In this document: one piece after another, positions 5,122-5,922 of the stretch
Position numbering within the stretch: position 1 is the first letter of the stretch
Layout of the letters: every line of letters starts with the position of its first letter
Assembly (NCBI GenBank): GCA_018985225.1
Contig: JADGIF010000617.1
Coordinates: 1 to 5,922 of the forward strand
Length of the DNA: 5,922 nt
Reading direction: 5' to 3'
DNA from: Amoeboradix gromovi X-113
Taxonomy: Eukaryota > Fungi > Sanchytriomycota
Notes under the pieces: model-generated
The model's database searches: none
Told to the model about the DNA's origin: nothing
The model's input: the letters and a program-made list of their open reading frames with translations, nothing else
Made by a program: the position numbers and the translations under genes

Positions 5122-5659
5122 TTATAGAGATTTATTGAGAAACTTCTTCTTTTGAAACGCTAGCCACCATTTTGACGGCTGATTAGCAATGAATACCTTT
5201 TCAGAGAATCGCTGAGAGATTTCTTGTCTAAGCTGTAAAACATAAGCTTTTAATTGGTCATATTCACCTTTATTAGCAGGGCTAGGATATAGAGCGTTTA
5301 ATGGGAATCCTAAATAAATAAACAGAGATACCGGCATCACCAGGCAAAGCAAATCCACCCACAGCGTAACTTTGTAATGTTTTATAAGCTTCTTGCTGAG
5401 TCATTCCAGGTTTGATTTTGTTTAAGCAATCGGATATATACAAAATGCCGTATATTAAAGTGCGATCAGCCGAGCTTTTGATGTCAAAATGCTTAAAGAA
5501 ACAATTTACTCTAAAACTTAACAAGCACTCTTCAACAATGTCGATTTCTTCGTTCGTAGATGCGGCAGGACCTCTGAATTTACTTTGAAATGGTAAGATC
5601 GCCATTCCGCTTATTGATTGAAATTTAGTACCATCAAATTGAGAATGATAAACTGGCAT
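5122..5659 (-). CDS. ARPC3: Arp2/3 complex subunit 3 (p21-Arc / Arc18). Two exons, join 5659-5332 and 5309-5122, 171 aa
   Basis: MPVYHS start (family MPAYHS) at ATG 5659, then FRGPA, DIVEE, ADRTLIYGILYISDCL and FALPGDA in exon 1. GFPLNALY, QLRQE and PSKWWLAFQKKKFLNKSL follow in a different frame. Removing 5310-5331 gives 516 nt and restores FALPGDAGFPLN. Confidence 0.97.
5310..5331 (-). other. 22-nt spliceosomal (GT-AG) intron in ARPC3, phase 1
   Basis: The minus strand reads GAT GCC G|gtatctctgtttatttatttag|GA TTC CCA TTA AAC. Excision exactly restores the frame and the conserved PGxxGFPLN motif. Retention shifts the frame to a stop at 5282-5284. Confidence 0.93.
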
Positions 5660-5818
5660 ATGTTTCAAGGATTTAAAAGTGCGCAAAACTATAACTCTTA
5701 ATTTTAATGCCAAGTTACTTTAGAACTAAAGAATTGTCAAGTTTACAGAACTCGAGCACATACTGTTTAGGCATACTCTTGCCTAGATTAGTGTTAGAAT
5801 ACATAGTTTGCTATCTCT

Positions 5819-5922
5819 ATGAAGTATGTGAACTTCGGGCGTTAATTTGGGACACCAAATATAAAAACTAGACTAACTCGTTTTTAAAGGTGCACCATAC
5901 GGAGGAAATCATTAATAAAAGA
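5819..5922 (+). CDS. Possible 5' end of an unidentified gene (exon 5819-5823, intron 5824-5889, exon 5890 to window edge)
   Basis: ATG AA|GTATGT ... GACTAAC (5871-5877) tcgtttttaaAG|G TGC ACC. The spliced frame MKCTIRRKSLIK stays open to the edge. No homology recognised. Confidence 0.3.

Noticed and set aside
5122-5358. 78-aa ORF as a separate gene, or ARPC3 as a frameshifted pseudogene or programmed frameshift
   Set aside because: It is exon 2 of ARPC3. A GT-AG intron explains the frame change with no residue lost from the conserved motif.
693-5659. The six genes as one functional cluster or operon-like system
   Set aside because: Functions are unrelated (sphingolipid synthesis, ribosome biogenesis, actin nucleation, unknown) and orientations are mixed. 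Genome compaction explains the adjacency.
5660-5713. 18-aa N-terminal extension (MALKLRVIVLRTFKSLKH) in ORF 5282..5713
   Set aside because: ARPC3 proteins begin MP(A/V)YHS, so ATG 5659 is the likely start.
1-5922. CRISPR arrays, tRNA/rRNA genes, transposon termini, long tandem repeats
   Set aside because: None seen by inspection. The only repeats are protein-level (CBS, FG-GAP) and short homopolymer runs.

Overview
AT-rich, very gene-dense eukaryotic DNA using the standard genetic code. It most likely comes from a streamlined early-diverging fungus or fungal relative (inference). Six protein-coding genes are supported: a serine palmitoyltransferase small subunit (693-956, -), a stand-alone voltage-sensor-domain protein that is not Hv1 (1106-1564, +), a shortened divergent NIP7 (1567-2064, -), a 4xCBS-PB1 tail-anchored protein (2233-3783, +), an FG-GAP/VCBS-type beta-propeller with DxN/DxDG motifs (3987-5111, +) and ARPC3 (5122-5659, -). 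The ORF track splits ARPC3 in two because the gene carries a 22-nt GT-AG intron (5310-5331). Convergent stop codons are only 2 and 10 bp apart, and all six genes have an A(A/T)TAAA hexamer on or within about 12 nt of the stop. A seventh gene may start at 5819 (+) through a 66-nt intron with canonical signals. I found no tRNA, rRNA, CRISPR array or mobile element. The genes are functionally unrelated, so I do not see a multi-gene system; the novelty lies in the gene-expression architecture and in the pore-less voltage-sensor protein. Family assignments are from remembered motifs, not database searches.
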